From a virus (lineage: Duplodnaviria > Caudoviricetes), in the IMG/VR virus record IMGVR_UViG_3300032136_000020, positions 1 through 26,332 of that record: a stretch of 26,332 nt of DNA. One strand, 5' to 3'. A program made the translations under genes and the position numbers. Positions 24,417-26,332 of the stretch are shown in pieces. Below the pieces are notes generated by a model. That model did no database searches. It had not been told where the DNA came from and saw only the letters and a list, made by a program, of their open reading frames with translations. Numbering within the stretch: the first letter of the stretch is position 1; every line of letters starts with the position of its first letter.

Positions 24417-24425
24417 GGTACTCTA
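24417..24425 (+). promoter_or_regulatory. Putative late promoter GGTACTCTA
   Basis: Motif match upstream of ATG 24457. Confidence 0.6.
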
Positions 24426-24456
24426 CTGCGTCCACAAAGGGTTCCAGGCTATTAGA

Positions 24457-24660
24457 ATGGATGCAAGACAGTCCAAACTAATGCTTCGCGACGCCCTGGC
24501 ACTCATGTTAGCAGTACGCTGCGGCCAAGAAGACGCTACTCGCCAACTGCTGGCACAGTTTTACCAGAAAATGACAGAACAGCAGGCGAAAACCCTGATG
24601 ATCAGGACCATCTACCTGCTGACTCCTACAGAAAGGGATTGGTTGAAGGGCTTGGCTTAA
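24457..24660 (+). CDS. Hypothetical helical protein
   Basis: MDARQSKLMLRDALALMLAV...WLKGLA. Confidence 0.65.
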   Translation: MDARQSKLMLRDALALMLAVRCGQEDATRQLLAQFYQKMTEQQAKTLMIRTIYLLTPTERDWLKGLA

Positions 24661-24784
24661 ACTTGCCGTCAGGAAAAGCTGACCAGAAGGTGATCCCAAA
24701 GACTTTGTATGATCCCCAATATATCACTCAGGGAATAATCAAAAACAAGTAGCCTGGAAGGGCAGTCGCATCACCTCTTCCGAG

Positions 24785-24952
24785 ATGCCATCCTCCAGTC
24801 TTGATCTCATCCTCCCAGTCGCTCTTTTCGGCTGGTCCGCCCTTGGCGCAATCTTCTATTACGCCGGGCATACTCTCTACGACCTAACTCACCCCGAGAT
24901 GAAGTATCAAGAGCAAAGCAACTTACCACAGGAGGACTCACATGACCTCTAG
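24785..24952 (+). CDS. Small membrane protein (55 aa), not in ORF track
   Basis: MPSSSLDLILPVALFGWSALGAIFYYAGHTLYDL...; one TM segment. Confidence 0.55.
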   Translation: MPSSSLDLILPVALFGWSALGAIFYYAGHTLYDLTHPEMKYQEQSNLPQEDSHDL

Positions 24953-25091
24953 GGCCCTTCTGGCGGCCTTTGGCCACCTACCTGCTCACCCACACCTCAC
25001 CTGTTGGGCAGACATCCTCCTTACCGTCCTAGTAGTCCTCTTTACCGTTGGCTGGGTTGGCATCATCCTGCACGAGGCCTTCACAGAGTGA
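24942..25091 (+). CDS. Small membrane protein (49 aa), not in ORF track
   Basis: AGGAGG SD; MTSRALL...DILLTVLVVLFTVGWVGIILHEAFTE. Confidence 0.6.
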   Translation: MTSRALLAAFGHLPAHPHLTCWADILLTVLVVLFTVGWVGIILHEAFTE

Positions 25092-25110
25092 ACTGGTACC
25101 GGATTTGGTT

Positions 25111-25629
25111 TCACATTTTCTGAGCCAGGTATTCAGAGGCCCGATTTAGAAGTGCCACCTTGTCTTGGAACTTGCCAAGCCCCTGGTTGCAGTTGCAGCA
25201 CAGCAATCCTCTGACCTGCCCAGTCTCATGGCAATGGTCTACATGCAGGCGCCCCTTGGGGGCGTCTTTTTCATGCATGCCACAGATCTGACACTGGTGG
25301 TTGCAAGCCTCCTCAAGCGCTTCCAGCTGCTCTAGGGTTATTCCATACCTCTTAGCCCTGAGGGAGGCATTGTAGTCCTTGCTCTGAGCTTGCTCAGCGT
25401 ACTTCTGCTTTCGCGCAAGCCTGCATTGTGTTGAGCAAAACTTAATGCCATTATGACTGTACTCAAACAAGGCCCCGCATGTTGCACATGGCTTGTGCCC
25501 AACGGGGACCCCCAGCGCGTCAGCCCTGGCCTTGGCCTTGAGACGGTTACCATAAGTGTAACTACACTTGTCGGTACAGAACTTGCGCTGCCTGCCTGTT
25601 AATTCCTTACCACAGCACATGCAGTCCAT
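25111..25629 (-). CDS. Endonuclease VII domain protein with N-terminal zinc-finger repeats
   Basis: YGITLEQ...CQICG...LHVDHCHETGQVRGLLCCNCNQGLG; two CxxCG...FCxxxC repeats. Confidence 0.92.
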   Translation of the reverse strand: MDCMCCGKELTGRQRKFCTDKCSYTYGNRLKAKARADALGVPVGHKPCATCGALFEYSHNGIKFCSTQCRLARKQKYAEQAQSKDYNASLRAKRYGITLEQLEALEEACNHQCQICGMHEKDAPKGRLHVDHCHETGQVRGLLCCNCNQGLGKFQDKVALLNRASEYLAQKM

Positions 25630-25937
25630 AGTAACTCCGTTTCTAATTTCAGTTTACCGTCCCGTAGAAATGTGAAACAGGAATGAGTACCGGTTTTCCC
25701 TGCAGATTCTGAAAGGGGACGGTCTGACACTCGCAAAATCCTGAGCGGGGTGGGGGAGGGGTTAAGGATTGTGACACATGCGCTTCCCTCGCTCTTGACT
25801 CGCAACACATGTGCCCTGTACATGCAGCAAGGGTGGCCTTGTCTTCAGCCTCTACTGTACAGCTCTCTCTCCAGCTTGCACTGCACTGCCTTCCCGGCTA
25901 CAAGTATTATATAATAATTGTTATATTAAATCGTGAG

Positions 25938-25972
25938 CGTGAGCGGCCCCTAGTTCGCATGGTTCACGGTCA
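25938..25972. repeat. Imperfect palindromic repeat, copy 1
   Basis: CGTGAGCGGCCCCTAGTTCGCATGGTTCACGGTCA; 31/36 identical to copy 2. Confidence 0.85.
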
Positions 25973-26116
25973 CACCTCCTTCCTGAAGCAGGACAGGACG
26001 CGGATGCCGTCCTCAGGGAAGGAGACTGAGTGTATGGCGCGGTATGCGTCGTCGGCCTCGACCTCGACCTCGAGAGCGGGACCGGTGCGCATGAGGAAGG
26101 TGACGATGTAGGTCAT
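25970..26116 (-). CDS. Small early-like hypothetical protein (48 aa), not in ORF track
   Basis: MTYIVTFLMRTGPALEVEVEADDAYRAIHSVSFPEDGIRVLSCFRKEV; C-ending codon bias. Confidence 0.75.
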   Translation of the reverse strand: MTYIVTFLMRTGPALEVEVEADDAYRAIHSVSFPEDGIRVLSCFRKEV

Positions 26117-26284
26117 GGTTCGGTGAGTGAAAGGATTAGCTAGAGCCTGGCTTTTGGCGAGGTGTCAGTGGGTCCGTCCTTGGCCAGGGTAGCTAGTGGA
26201 ATAGAGGGAGAGGTGTTCTCTTTGCACTTCCCTTACTCCTCTAGTATGGCCTAGCCCACCCCCATGGGCATGAGAAAAAATACC

Positions 26285-26324
26285 TGATCGTGAGCGGCCC
26301 GTAGGTCGCAGTGATTCACGATCA
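26285..26324. repeat. Imperfect palindromic repeat, copy 2
   Basis: TGATCGTGA-GCGGCC-CGTA-GGTCGC-AGTGAT-TCACGATCA. Confidence 0.85.
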
Positions 26325-26332
26325 TTCTCTCT

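Noticed and set aside
25930-26324. CRISPR array
   Set aside because: Only two copies, separated by about 315 nt containing a gene; no cas genes.
1-26332. tRNA, rRNA, integrase, IS elements, photosynthesis auxiliary genes
   Set aside because: No supporting sequence recognised by eye; tRNAscan-SE and Rfam were not run.

Overview
The window is the virion morphogenesis region of a tailed dsDNA phage with a long non-contractile tail (siphovirus). It is probably a picocyanobacterial phage; this is inferred from the style of its small genes, and no host marker is present. Almost all genes are on the - strand. In transcription order they are: small early-like gene, endonuclease VII, head-tail connectors, tail assembly chaperone with a -1 frameshift, tail terminator, major tail protein, tape measure, tail tip, Cys-rich and fibre/LamG proteins, scaffold, major capsid, two paralogous cement-like proteins, small basic and membrane proteins, and a collagen-repeat protein cut by the left edge. 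Four HNH genes and one endonuclease VII gene are interspersed. No terminase, portal, integrase, endolysin, tRNA or CRISPR was seen. The most notable unannotated structure is non-coding: (1) a GGHANNCTA motif shortly upstream of about 20 genes, a probable phage late promoter; (2) repeated GAGAC-loop RNA hairpins in the scaffold and capsid leaders; (3) a 13-nt element shared by the leaders of the major tail and a cement gene; (4) imperfect palindromic repeats bracketing a small-gene cassette at the right edge. All product calls come from motif recognition and synteny; no database search was run.
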